A stretch of 64,000 nt of DNA, taken from Candidatus Aegiribacteria sp. (GTDB lineage Bacteria > Fermentibacterota > Fermentibacteria > Fermentibacterales > JCC-6). The translations under genes and the position numbers were made by a program. Under the pieces are notes generated by a model. The model saw nothing but the letters and a program-made list of their open reading frames with translations, did no database searches and had not been told where the DNA came from. Shown one piece after another: positions 1-9,131 of this stretch. Location: NCBI GenBank assembly GCA_030594645.1, contig JAUVEU010000006.1, positions 1,921 through 65,920 on the forward strand, in the 5' to 3' direction. Position 1 is the stretch's first letter. The number at the start of each line of letters is the position of its first letter.

Positions 1-573
1 AGTCAGAGTTTCATCGAGACTGTGCAGTTCGCCGTTGATCAGTACACGAACGAATCCTTTCTTTTTCAATTCCGGGAAGAGATCAGCGTGTACTCCCTTT
101 CTGTTGCGAATAAGCGGAGCAGTTATCAGAAGCCTGGTTCCAGCAGGAATCTGCAGAATTCTATCGATCATCTGCTGAGTTGACTGGCTTGAAACCGCCC
201 TGCCGCATTCAGGGCAGTGAGGAATTCCCGTTCGAGCGTAGAGAACTCTCATATAATCGGAAATTTCCGTAACCGTACCTACGGTTGATCTTGGATTATG
301 GCTTACAGTCTTCTGCTCAATTGATATAGCGGGTGATAGCCCCTCGATACTTTCGTAAAGGGGTTTTTCAAGCTGCCCCAGAAATTGTCTTGCGTATGCT
401 GAAAGTGACTCTACGTAGCGGCGCTGTCCTTCAGCATAGAGAGTGTCGAAAGCAAATGAACTCTTCCCTGAACCGGACACTCCGGTAAGAACCACGAACT
501 GATTGCGGGGAAACTCTACAGTGATGTTCTTCAGGTTGTGTTCCCTGGCTCCTCTTACAATTATCCTGTCCAT
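1..573 (-). CDS. uvrA: Excinuclease ABC subunit A (UvrA), first 191 codons; gene runs off the window start
   Basis: My minus-strand translation from the ATG at 573-571 gives [71 protein letters not shown]. This is the canonical UvrA N-terminus with Walker A GVSGSGKS. It is absent from the ORF track because it is edge-truncated. An in-frame ATG at 651 is a less likely start. Confidence 0.9.
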   Translation of the reverse strand, partial: MDRIIVRGAREHNLKNITVEFPRNQFVVLTGVSGSGKSSFAFDTLYAEGQRRYVESLSAYARQFLGQLEKPLYESIEGLSPAISIEQKTVSHNPRSTVGTVTEISDYMRVLYARTGIPHCPECGRAVSSQSTQQMIDRILQIPAGTRLLITAPLIRNRKGVHADLFPELKKKGFVRVLINGELHSLDETLT

Positions 574-584
574 AATTCCATTCC

Positions 585-614
585 GGGGACATACAGGCTC
601 TGCTGTGTGTCCCC
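585..614. repeat. REP-like hairpin, copy 1 (ggggacatacaggctctgctgtgtgtcccc)
   Basis: 7-bp arms ggggaca/tgtcccc were read directly. The copy is 26/30 nt identical to the one at 20440-20469. It lies just upstream of the uvrA start. Confidence 0.6.
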
Positions 615-791
615 CATAAACCTGGCCTCTGCAGCATATCCCCGCAACCATATTAACTATTTAATATACTACTTCACCATACCCTGAAGGATGTGCCACA
701 ATAGCACGCTCAATTCGCGGAGGTGTGGATAGCGACTGTATGGATGAAATGTAATTATCTGTGGTGCAGCCATCTAGCTCTCTTTCAATTT

Positions 792-808
792 CTGGCATGT
801 TGATTGCT
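792..808 (+). promoter_or_regulatory. Sigma-54-type -24/-12 promoter candidate upstream of dnaK
   Basis: CTGGCATgttgaTTGCT compared with the consensus TGGCAC-N5-TTGCW, with GG and GC correctly spaced. It is on the dnaK strand about 175 nt upstream of the ATG. Confidence 0.25.
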
Positions 809-981
809 CCACTGTTTTTGAGAAAAAAGAAGCCTGAACGCTGACAGAGTAGAAAAGAAGCCTTTCAGGAAGTTTAACAAGCGGGCGAAATCCCGAAACA
901 TGTATTGAAAGCCAAAAGGCTTAAAAGAATTATTAACAGAAACTTACTCCCTGAGGGAGGAAGAGAACAGGAGAGGGAACT

Positions 982-2889
982 ATGGGAAAGATCATCGGAA
1001 TTGATCTTGGAACCACGAATTCGTGCGTAGCTGTTATGGAAGGCGGTGAACCTACCGTTATCCCGAATGCTGAAGGGTCCAGAACTACTCCATCGGTTGT
1101 CGGTTTCAACGATCAGGGCGAAAGACTCGTGGGAGTTGTCGCCCGAAGGCAGGCTGTGGCCAATCCCGAAAATACAATCTTCTCAATAAAGAGATTCATG
1201 GGCAGCAAATACAATGAAATGAAAGTTGAGAGGGAAAGAGTCCCCTTCAAGGTTGTTGAGGGTTCCAACGGAGATGTCCTGGTGGAAGCACTTGGTAAGA
1301 AGTATTCCCCGCCTGAGATATCCGCAATGATCCTTCAGAAGATGAGACAGACCGCTGAGGATTACCTTGGAGAAAAGGTGGAGAAGGCGGTTATTACCGT
1401 TCCCGCATATTTCAGTGACAGCCAGAGACAGGCGACGAAAGACGCAGGGAAGATAGCGGGACTCCAGGTTGAAAGAATAGTGAATGAACCTACTGCTGCT
1501 GCTCTCGCGTACGGACTGGACAAAGAATCATCAAACAGAACGATAGCTGTATTTGATCTTGGAGGCGGAACCTTTGATATATCCATTCTCGAGATCGGGG
1601 ATGGCGTATTCGAAGTTAAAGCGACAAATGGTGACACCCACCTTGGTGGAGATGATTTCGATCAGGAAATAATCAACTGGATGGTTGACGAGTTCATGAA
1701 ACAGCAGGGAATTGACCTTTCGAAGGATCCCATGGCCCTTCAGAGACTGAAGGAAGCAGCTGAGAGAGCAAAATGTGAACTTTCAACAACCCAGAGCACA
1801 AATATCAATCTTCCATTCGTAACGGCTGACTCTGCCGGAGCGAAGCATCTGGATATGACTCTTTCCAGAGCCAAACTCGAGCAGCTTGTTGATAATCTGG
1901 TTCAGAGAACTGTCAGTCCCTGCAAATCCGCCCTTAAGGATGCAGGATTTGACACTTCACAGGTTGATGATGTTCTTCTTGTTGGAGGACAGACCAGAAT
2001 GCCGCTGGTTCAGAAAAAAGTTACCGAGATATTCGGGAAAGAGCCTCATAAGGGTGTGAATCCGGATGAAGTTGTTGCTGTCGGGGCTGCAATACAGGCT
2101 GGTGTACTGTCCGGTGATGTTAAGGATGTACTCCTTCTTGACGTTACGCCGCTTACTCTTGGAATCGAGACACTCGGAGGAGTTGCTACACATATCATTG
2201 AACGAAATACAACGATTCCAACCAAGAAGAGCCAGGTTTTCAGCACAGCAGCTGACAATCAGCCGCAGGTTGAAATTATCGTACTTCAGGGTGAGAGGAA
2301 AATGGCAGCGGACAACAGGGCTGTCGGAAGATTTGTTCTCGATGGAATTCCCCCAGCACCAAGAGGGCTGCCTCAGATTGAGGTGTCATTCGATATCGAC
2401 GCGAACGGGATCCTGCACGTTATGGCCAGGGACAAAGCTACAGGTAAAGAACAGAAGATCAGGATTGAGTCTTCCAGTGGTCTTTCCGAAGAAGAGATCA
2501 AGAAGATGGTACATGACGCTGAAATCAATGCCGAGGAAGACTCGAAGAAGAGGGAAATAATCGAGCGCAGAAACCATGCGGATGCCCTGGTCTTTGAAAT
2601 TGAAAAGCAGCTGAAGGATATCGGAGACAAATTTGACCCTGCTGACAGATCAAGGCTTGAGGATACCGTTTCCGAAATGAAAAAAGCGCTTGATGGCGAC
2701 GACGATGATATGATCAAACAGAAGTTTGACAGCCTTCAGGAAACCTGGAAACAGGTGGGAGCTGCATTCTACCAGAGCCAGCAGCAGGCCGGAGAAGCCT
2801 CGGAACCGACGGGTGAAACAGGAGGATCGGATTCAGAACCTGATGATGACAAAACGATTGACGCAGATTACGAAGTAGTTGATGACTGA
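982..2889 (+). CDS. dnaK: Molecular chaperone DnaK (Hsp70)
   Basis: [26 protein letters not shown] and [11 protein letters not shown] Hsp70 signatures. 635 aa with an acidic C-terminus. SD ggagag lies upstream. Confidence 0.98.
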   Translation: MGKIIGIDLGTTNSCVAVMEGGEPTVIPNAEGSRTTPSVVGFNDQGERLVGVVARRQAVANPENTIFSIKRFMGSKYNEMKVERERVPFKVVEGSNGDVLVEALGKKYSPPEISAMILQKMRQTAEDYLGEKVEKAVITVPAYFSDSQRQATKDAGKIAGLQVERIVNEPTAAALAYGLDKESSNRTIAVFDLGGGTFDISILEIGDGVFEVKATNGDTHLGGDDFDQEIINWMVDEFMKQQGIDLSKDPMALQRLKEAAERAKCELSTTQSTNINLPFVTADSAGAKHLDMTLSRAKLEQLVDNLVQRTVSPCKSALKDAGFDTSQVDDVLLVGGQTRMPLVQKKVTEIFGKEPHKGVNPDEVVAVGAAIQAGVLSGDVKDVLLLDVTPLTLGIETLGGVATHIIERNTTIPTKKSQVFSTAADNQPQVEIIVLQGERKMAADNRAVGRFVLDGIPPAPRGLPQIEVSFDIDANGILHVMARDKATGKEQKIRIESSSGLSEEEIKKMVHDAEINAEEDSKKREIIERRNHADALVFEIEKQLKDIGDKFDPADRSRLEDTVSEMKKALDGDDDDMIKQKFDSLQETWKQVGAAFYQSQQQAGEASEPTGETGGSDSEPDDDKTIDADYEVVDD

Positions 2890-3548
2890 TGGCTGACCCC
2901 AGAAGAACAGCAAAACGGGGGGGAGCCCATACCTCCACCAATAGAAGAATTCCTGTAGATGCTGCTCCGGACGATGACGGGGAAATGAAACCTGCGCCGG
3001 AAACCGCTGAGAGTGATGAGAACGTTGAAGGGGAAACAGAGGAGATAAACGGCGAATTATCTGAACTGGAAGAGAAATCTGAGCTGGAGAAAGAACAGCT
3101 CCAGGATAGAATTCTTAGACTTCAGGCTGAATTCGATAATTACAGGAAGCGTCAGATCAGGGAATTCAAACGGCTCTGTTCACAGGGGAAGAAAGAACTG
3201 ATTGAGGAACTGCTGACGGTTCTTGATAATTACAATCGCGCCGAGCAATTACTTGATGAAGGTGATCATCCGTTGAAAGAGATTGCAGAAGGACTCATCA
3301 GAACATCCGGACAGCTGTCCGATATTCTCAAACAGGAAGGACTGCATTCCCTTGATGTCAAGGTGAACGATTCTTTCGACCCCAATTACCATGAAGCAAT
3401 ACTTGCCGAGGAGGTTGCTGATCTGGATCGGGATATTATTCTTGAGGTGTTTCAGAAAGGGTATATGCTCGGAGACGAGCTTCTTCGTCCTGCACGAGTA
3501 AAAGTGGGAAAACCTTTAGATCACTCATCAGTATCTGATAATGAGTAG
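2889..3548 (+). CDS. grpE: Nucleotide exchange factor GrpE
   Basis: TGATG overlap with dnaK. Acidic N-terminus followed by LQAEFDNYRKR and FDPNYHEA GrpE motifs. Confidence 0.93.
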   Translation: MADPRRTAKRGGAHTSTNRRIPVDAAPDDDGEMKPAPETAESDENVEGETEEINGELSELEEKSELEKEQLQDRILRLQAEFDNYRKRQIREFKRLCSQGKKELIEELLTVLDNYNRAEQLLDEGDHPLKEIAEGLIRTSGQLSDILKQEGLHSLDVKVNDSFDPNYHEAILAEEVADLDRDIILEVFQKGYMLGDELLRPARVKVGKPLDHSSVSDNE

Positions 3549-3572
3549 ATATCCCAGGGAGAATCAGAAGTA

Positions 3573-4595
3573 GTGAATAAAGACCTCTACTCCGTTCTTG
3601 GAGTTGACGAGAAAGCTGCACCTGAAGAACTGAAGAAAGCTTATCGGAAGCTGGCCAAGAAATATCATCCCGATGCCAATCCGGGAGACGCAAAGGCAGA
3701 AGAACGTTTCAAGGAAATATCCGAAGCCTATGATATTCTTGGAAACGCCGAGAAGAAATCCAAGTATGACCTCATGCGCAAGGGCGGCGGCGGCTTCCAC
3801 TTCAATGAAACCGGTGCTGGAGGAGGAAGTCCTTTCGGTTCCGGCGGACTTGATGATATTCTACGCTCCATGTTCGGAGGTGGCGGATTCAAATTCGGGA
3901 ACAGAGGCGGATTCAGTCAGCAAACCGCACCCAGGCCTACAGTAGTCATCTCTGTTCCATTCAGGACTGCCGCGCTTGGTGGAGATGTCCGTGCAGATAT
4001 CTCCGTCCCCGTTACCTGTCCAGTCTGCCTGGGAGCAGGCGGATCAGGAGAGAAAATCTGTTCACAGTGCGGAGGAGCTGGAAGAATACAGCAGGGACAG
4101 ATGGTGATGCCATGTCCCTCATGCGGTGGCCAGGGGAGAACGTACATCAATATCTGCGAAAGATGTGCAGGTTCCGGAGAAGTTACAAGCAGTGAAAGCG
4201 TAAAGATAACCATTCCTCCCGGCTCAGATAGCGGGACAGTTCTTCGGCTTGTAACCCCCTCGCGCAAAACTGTTCTGGTGAAGCTGAAAGTCAAGAGTGA
4301 CAAATTCCTCCGAAGTGAGGGAAGGGACATTCACTGCACCGTGAAGATCACCGCTCCACAGGCTGTCCTTGGCACGAAGCTCAAGATAAGAACTCTTGAA
4401 GGAAAGATTCTGCTTAGCATTCATCCTGGAACTCAGCCCGATACCATTTTAAGAATTCCCGGCAAGGGAGTTTTGTACAGGGGTACAAAAGGCGATCAAC
4501 TCGTTCATGTTGATGTGGAGTTCCCGGCGTCTGTTTCCGCTGAAGAGAAAGCTCTCTGGGAGAAATTGGCAGAGAGCGGGAAAAGAAAAGCTTGA
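3573..4595 (+). CDS. dnaJ: Co-chaperone DnaJ (GTG start)
   Basis: J-domain YHPD, a G/F-rich linker, and four CxxCxGxG zinc-finger repeats ([32 protein letters not shown]). Confidence 0.93.
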   Translation: MNKDLYSVLGVDEKAAPEELKKAYRKLAKKYHPDANPGDAKAEERFKEISEAYDILGNAEKKSKYDLMRKGGGGFHFNETGAGGGSPFGSGGLDDILRSMFGGGGFKFGNRGGFSQQTAPRPTVVISVPFRTAALGGDVRADISVPVTCPVCLGAGGSGEKICSQCGGAGRIQQGQMVMPCPSCGGQGRTYINICERCAGSGEVTSSESVKITIPPGSDSGTVLRLVTPSRKTVLVKLKVKSDKFLRSEGRDIHCTVKITAPQAVLGTKLKIRTLEGKILLSIHPGTQPDTILRIPGKGVLYRGTKGDQLVHVDVEFPASVSAEEKALWEKLAESGKRKA

Positions 4596-4659
4596 CGCAG
4601 GGAGAAACGGATAGTATTCCCGGACGAACTAACTCAAGGTCTGATTGGGAGGATAACTT

Positions 4660-4836
4660 TTGAATTACACTTACCTCGCTCTGCTGGTACCCGGATTCCT
4701 GCTTTCCGTTGCCGGATTTGTGATGCTGGGGAAGAAATTGCATCCTGTTATTACGGGTTTAATGTTTCTCGCGGGGATTATAGTACTTATTCTGGGAATT
4801 CTTCTTACTTGCGTGCCTGATTTTTTTACAGGCTGA
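4660..4836 (+). CDS. Small (58 aa) two-helix membrane protein, TTG start; below the ORF-track length cutoff
   Basis: Own translation: LNYTYLALLVPGFLLSVAGFVMLGKKLHPVITGLMFLAGIIVLILGILLTCVPDFFTG*. A gggagg SD lies 7 nt upstream of the TTG. Two clear hydrophobic helices. Confidence 0.35.
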   Translation: MNYTYLALLVPGFLLSVAGFVMLGKKLHPVITGLMFLAGIIVLILGILLTCVPDFFTG

Positions 4837-4847
4837 CATTATTACCC

Positions 4848-5633
4848 TTAAATAAGGCCTAATTTTTTGAAGTTGTTGATGAACTGCATTAGCAGTTCGT
4901 CATTCTGATTCTTTCTGAACGAATCCACTGCGACGTAAGCAGCCTCTTCAAGAGCATTATCCTGCACAAGCGCACGAATCACAGCGATGTAGGGCTTGTC
5001 GCTTTCCGTTCTTTCGTCATCCTCATTCGTACTTGTTTCAGCAGAGGACGTTTTGAAATCGATTTTTTCGAGGTCTTCGAGAAGTTCATGAAGACCGTTG
5101 ATCTCGGGCATCATTTCAAATGCCTGATTAGCGAAACTGACGGCTTGCAACAGTTCTCCGGCTTTCAGATTTCTTCGCGAAAGGGAGATAAGATTCGATG
5201 CTTTCATCTTTGTTTTCAGGAAATTGATTCTTGATTCTACTTCAGGATTATCCGGAAAAAGGTTTCGAGCTTTATTAAGATAAGCAATGGCCTTTGCCTG
5301 ATGACCTCCGTCAAATGCCCTATCGGAAGCTTCAAACAGTTTAGCAAGCTGCTCCCCTTTTGTCATAGATACTTCCCTTTCTGTTTCTTCATCAGGTGCT
5401 TGAGGCTGTTCGTCAAAATCATTGAAGAAGGAATCCTCATACACTTCCATGGATATATCCTTCTTGGATCCTTTTTTATCAAGCGACTGTATTGCCTGGA
5501 CGACAAGTCCGTTGTTATCATCGATGCTCACTGCCTTCTTCATCAGCTCAAGAGCTTCTCTGCGATCGTTATGATCAAGCTCTATTTTTGCTTTTCGAAC
5601 AAGCCTGGTAATGAGTTTTAGATTCTGTTTCAA
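4848..5633 (-). CDS. Hypothetical protein with TPR-like helical repeats and acidic linkers
   Basis: 261-aa ORF that is helix-rich, with repeats such as AKAIAYLNKARNLFPDNPE. No signal peptide. Confidence 0.55.
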   Translation of the reverse strand: MKQNLKLITRLVRKAKIELDHNDRREALELMKKAVSIDDNNGLVVQAIQSLDKKGSKKDISMEVYEDSFFNDFDEQPQAPDEETEREVSMTKGEQLAKLFEASDRAFDGGHQAKAIAYLNKARNLFPDNPEVESRINFLKTKMKASNLISLSRRNLKAGELLQAVSFANQAFEMMPEINGLHELLEDLEKIDFKTSSAETSTNEDDERTESDKPYIAVIRALVQDNALEEAAYVAVDSFRKNQNDELLMQFINNFKKLGLI

Positions 5634-5861
5634 GAATTACCTCCAGGAATACGATCGAGCATATTCGCAACCGAATACTTCTGATAAAAAGAAAGAAACA
5701 CCATGCTTCTCAATCCGATGAACCCACTGATTCAATCAGGTTGTACCATAAGTTCCTGACACTATATGCTACACTGTAATGCCACACAAGTGCTGACTTC
5801 AGCAAGTAGAAATTATACTAGATTTTGAATAACAGGCTATGGGAGATAAAGTAATAATTGA

Positions 5862-5889
5862 TTGACATTTCCTCCTAATCTAGTATAGA
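5862..5889 (+). promoter_or_regulatory. Sigma-70-like promoter candidate for 5923..6927
   Basis: TTGACA (5862-67), 16-nt spacer, TATAGA (5884-89). It lies about 35 nt upstream of the ATG. Confidence 0.35.
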
Positions 5890-5922
5890 TTATATGAATT
5901 TCCATTCTAGAAAGGAATAACA

Positions 5923-6927
5923 ATGCGTTTTGCATATATATTCATATTACTGGCACTTCCAGTTCTTCTGTTTGGTGCTGACAGAGTGGTTCTGCTTGAA
6001 GATTTCACAAATTATCTGTGTGGACCATGCTGGAATTTTGAGACAACACTGAACAATTTCGTGAACAGTCATCCGGATGATCTTGCCGTTATCAGACCTC
6101 ATGTATGGTGGCCCAGCAGTGGAGACCCGATATATGATCAGAATAATGTAGAACAGTGGAACAGAGTACAGCTGTACGGTGTAAACTCCGTTCCGTGGCT
6201 TCAGTTTGACGGGGTTATCAAAGCAAGTACCAGCGGATCAGGTCTGAACAATGCCTTCAGTAGCAGAATAGCGGTTCCATGTTTCCTGGAGATACAGGTC
6301 GCAAACTCAACTTCAGGTGGCGCTGGATCGATAATTATAACGCTCATAGCAGAACAGGATCTTGGAGGGGATGACATTTTCTGCAACGCTGTTCTTATCG
6401 AGAGCAATATTCCAGGAGCTGGCTACTGGTCAAATTCCGTTTTTGAGCAGGCATTCAGAGACGAGCTTTTCGGTCCGGTAGGAGAATCGATAAGTTTCGG
6501 ACCCACTTACCCGGATACTTTAGAACTGATTGTTGATTATGACACCGGTACTTTTGACTTCGAGTATGTTGAGCTGGCAGTCTTTGTTCAGAATCACGGA
6601 TCATCAAAAGAAGTCTATAACGCCTGGTTTGATTACCTCGGTGCTGTAGTCGGAATTGAAGAAGGTGAAGCAGGTGCTGCTGACGGTGGTATTCGACTTT
6701 TTGTTTATCCAAATCCCTCCACCGGGAATTTCACGATAAATGCGTTTAACCTTCCTGAATCCGTCGGGGAACTCAGTATTTATGATACTTCGGGAAGATG
6801 TGTTGCCACGGGAACGATAAAGGAAGGGATATCCGCCGATTTCAGTCTTAATGCTTCCGGAGTGTATTTTGCTGAAGTTAACTCCGGAAATACATTGACA
6901 GTAGATCGAATAGTGGTGTTGCGATAA
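5923..6927 (+). CDS. Secreted thioredoxin-motif protein with T9SS C-terminal sorting domain
   Basis: Signal peptide MRFAYIFILLALPVLLFG. CGPC motif within LLEDFTNYLCGPCW. The C-terminus LFVYPNPSTGNFTINA...GVYFAEV...IVVLR is typical of Por_Secre_tail domains. Confidence 0.8.
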   Translation: MRFAYIFILLALPVLLFGADRVVLLEDFTNYLCGPCWNFETTLNNFVNSHPDDLAVIRPHVWWPSSGDPIYDQNNVEQWNRVQLYGVNSVPWLQFDGVIKASTSGSGLNNAFSSRIAVPCFLEIQVANSTSGGAGSIIITLIAEQDLGGDDIFCNAVLIESNIPGAGYWSNSVFEQAFRDELFGPVGESISFGPTYPDTLELIVDYDTGTFDFEYVELAVFVQNHGSSKEVYNAWFDYLGAVVGIEEGEAGAADGGIRLFVYPNPSTGNFTINAFNLPESVGELSIYDTSGRCVATGTIKEGISADFSLNASGVYFAEVNSGNTLTVDRIVVLR

Positions 6928-6955
6928 ACTGTGAATTTACCGGCGGTGAGGTAAC

Positions 6956-7576
6956 ATGATGAAACATTCTATAACAGTATTATTCATTCTCGCAGGACTG
7001 GCTGCCAGCGGGGATATAGATATTGGGATTGACGATTATCCGGCCAACGAGCCGTTCTGTGCCGATTGTGCGGTAAGTATGAGATATCAGACTCTTTATC
7101 TGGAAGAAGAACTCGGAAACGCCATCGAGATAGAAACGATATCTCTGAAGCGAACGATCCAGGGAGAGGCCGAAGTCACACTTGATACTCTGGTAATTTA
7201 TATAGGGTACTGCGATAACGATGAACTTGGGAATGTGTTCGCTGACAATTACAGACCCGGAACCATGACGGAGGTTTTCTGGGAGGAGAACTTCACAGTC
7301 TATGCGCCGGATCCCGATTCATGGTTTTCCATCGATCTGGAAACGCCTTTTTTCTATGATGGATCAGGAAATCTGATCATTGAATACGGCTGGCCTGACG
7401 GACACGGCGCCGTTTTCAATTACAACTGGGAAGACGATGTAGCCAGATCGCTCATACAGGGATGGGGGAGTTCAACAGGATCAACCGGACTGGGATGTCC
7501 GCATTTGCTTCTGACCGGTTCGTTGAATCTTGAACCCCTAACATTCGGAGCGATTAAAGCAATATTCAATCTCTGA
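6956..7576 (+). CDS. Secreted hypothetical protein
   Basis: Signal peptide MMKHSITVLFILAGLAASG with an SD upstream. The C-terminal tag TFGAIKAIFNL is shared in form with 54793..55629. Confidence 0.7.
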   Translation: MMKHSITVLFILAGLAASGDIDIGIDDYPANEPFCADCAVSMRYQTLYLEEELGNAIEIETISLKRTIQGEAEVTLDTLVIYIGYCDNDELGNVFADNYRPGTMTEVFWEENFTVYAPDPDSWFSIDLETPFFYDGSGNLIIEYGWPDGHGAVFNYNWEDDVARSLIQGWGSSTGSTGLGCPHLLLTGSLNLEPLTFGAIKAIFNL

Positions 7577-7579
7577 TTT

Positions 7580-8995
7580 TCAGGGTTTAGATCCGGACAG
7601 TGAAGCCAGAAAAGCTCTGATATCATGAGCAAGCCCCTTGAACCCTCCGAGTGATATGTGCCGTACTATCAGCGCAGGAATTCTTGTAAGAGGTTTCTTC
7701 TTCAGATAATTTCTTCCGATGGTTCCCTGAGCCCAGTTTCGGAGGGCGGCAAGTTTTTCGTCGCTCAGATCGGTAAGGTTGACCAGAAGCTCGTCGGCAG
7801 CGTTCATTTTCTCAATGAATTCCTCGATGTTCAATATGAGTTTTTCATTAACCGCCCTGTTGAATATCTCTGTTCCCGGATACGGTGTTACGTAAAGCAT
7901 CGGGGCTGTTATGTCAGCCTTTTTACAGAACTCAACGGTATCCCTGACAGATTCTTCTGTTTCACCGAACATACCTATCATGAAACTGCCCTCAACTTGA
8001 ATACCCGATTCTCTTGTCAGTATTATTGAATCAAGGCACTGCTGAGCTGTGACTCCCCGTTTCATAATAGAAAGCATCCTGTTGTTGCCGGACTCCACTC
8101 CGTAGGAGATCCAGTCACATCCGGCCTCATTCATGGTCTTGAGCATTTCTCTGTCGACAGTATTAACCCTGCCGATGCATGACCATCGCAAATCCGGTAA
8201 TCGCTCCTTGATAAGCCTGCAGGTATCCATGACGAAATTACGATCGCTCGTGAAAAGATCATCCGGAAAACCTGTGTATTCGATATTGTATCTTGAAACG
8301 AGTTCCTCAACCTCGGATACTATTGATTCGGGTGATCTTCGTCTGACCGATCTGCCATAGATCCGATAACAGTATACACAGTTGAAAGGGCATCCTCTGC
8401 TCGCTACGACTTCAAGATGTCTTACTTTCGTCTGGCGGTGATCAAGGCTGCTGACATAGCTCTCAACCGGAAACAGATCCCATGCGGGAAACGGAATCGA
8501 GTCCAGATCATCGATCAACTCCCTGGCCGGGGACAGGAGCAGCTTACCTTCTTCATTCAGATATGCAATTCCCGGAATATCCTTCCAATCCCCGGAGTTC
8601 TCCAGAGCGGCGACAAGTTCACTTGTGGTTATTTCACCCTCACCCAGCACAACAGCGTCAAGCAGGCAAGATTTTAGATACAATTCAGGCACAGTTGTAG
8701 CCCCGCTGTTTCCCGCGATCATGAAAACGGAGGGCATCTCTTTTCTAAGTCTCTGAGCGAGTTTCTTCACTATTCTGAACCGTGTAATCATGCCCCCAAA
8801 ACCGATGAGATCAGGTTCGGAAGCAAGAATTTGAGATATAGCCTTATCATTACTCAGGTCATCGCCTTCCATGTCCACTACGGTTATTGTGTTCCCCGCT
8901 TCACGAAGAACGGATGCAATGTAGGCAAGGCCGTAGGGAAAATAGAGTGAGCGCTTTCCACGTCCGTAATAAGGATATACAAGTGTTACTTTCAC
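7580..8995 (-). CDS. Class-B (cobalamin-binding domain) radical SAM enzyme
   Basis: N-terminal Rossmann-like B12-binding region (VTLVYP...GFGGM). CxxxCxxC cluster in ASRGCPFNCVYCY. 471 aa. Confidence 0.9.
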   Translation of the reverse strand: MKVTLVYPYYGRGKRSLYFPYGLAYIASVLREAGNTITVVDMEGDDLSNDKAISQILASEPDLIGFGGMITRFRIVKKLAQRLRKEMPSVFMIAGNSGATTVPELYLKSCLLDAVVLGEGEITTSELVAALENSGDWKDIPGIAYLNEEGKLLLSPARELIDDLDSIPFPAWDLFPVESYVSSLDHRQTKVRHLEVVASRGCPFNCVYCYRIYGRSVRRRSPESIVSEVEELVSRYNIEYTGFPDDLFTSDRNFVMDTCRLIKERLPDLRWSCIGRVNTVDREMLKTMNEAGCDWISYGVESGNNRMLSIMKRGVTAQQCLDSIILTRESGIQVEGSFMIGMFGETEESVRDTVEFCKKADITAPMLYVTPYPGTEIFNRAVNEKLILNIEEFIEKMNAADELLVNLTDLSDEKLAALRNWAQGTIGRNYLKKKPLTRIPALIVRHISLGGFKGLAHDIRAFLASLSGSKP

Positions 8996-9131
8996 AAAGG
9001 GCTCCTTTCAGGACTTCTGGGGAAACTACAATATGTTTCGTTTCCCGGCCAGTTGTCACCCATATTTTACTTGCGTAGTTTTAATAATGCGGATACTCTA
9101 AACAGGAGTATCGCTTGAATGGAGCAGAAAA

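Noticed and set aside
431-637. 68-aa minus-strand ORF from the track
   Set aside because: It is out of frame with, and overlaps, the genuine uvrA 5' end (start at 573) and the REP-like hairpin. The uvrA frame gives a textbook N-terminus.
640-981. CIRCE/HrcA operator or sigma-32 promoter upstream of dnaK
   Set aside because: I looked for TTAGCACTC-N9-GAGTGCTAA and for CTTGAAA...CCCCAT. The only candidate is a weak half-match (atagcacgctc), with no inverted partner.
9089-9114. Hairpin gcggatactc-taaacag-gagtatcgc in the 5' region of the repeat-lipoprotein gene
   Set aside because: It is a real 9-bp stem with one bulge, but it is unique in the window and unrelated to the repeat families. It is most simply a 5'-UTR stabilising or attenuating hairpin.
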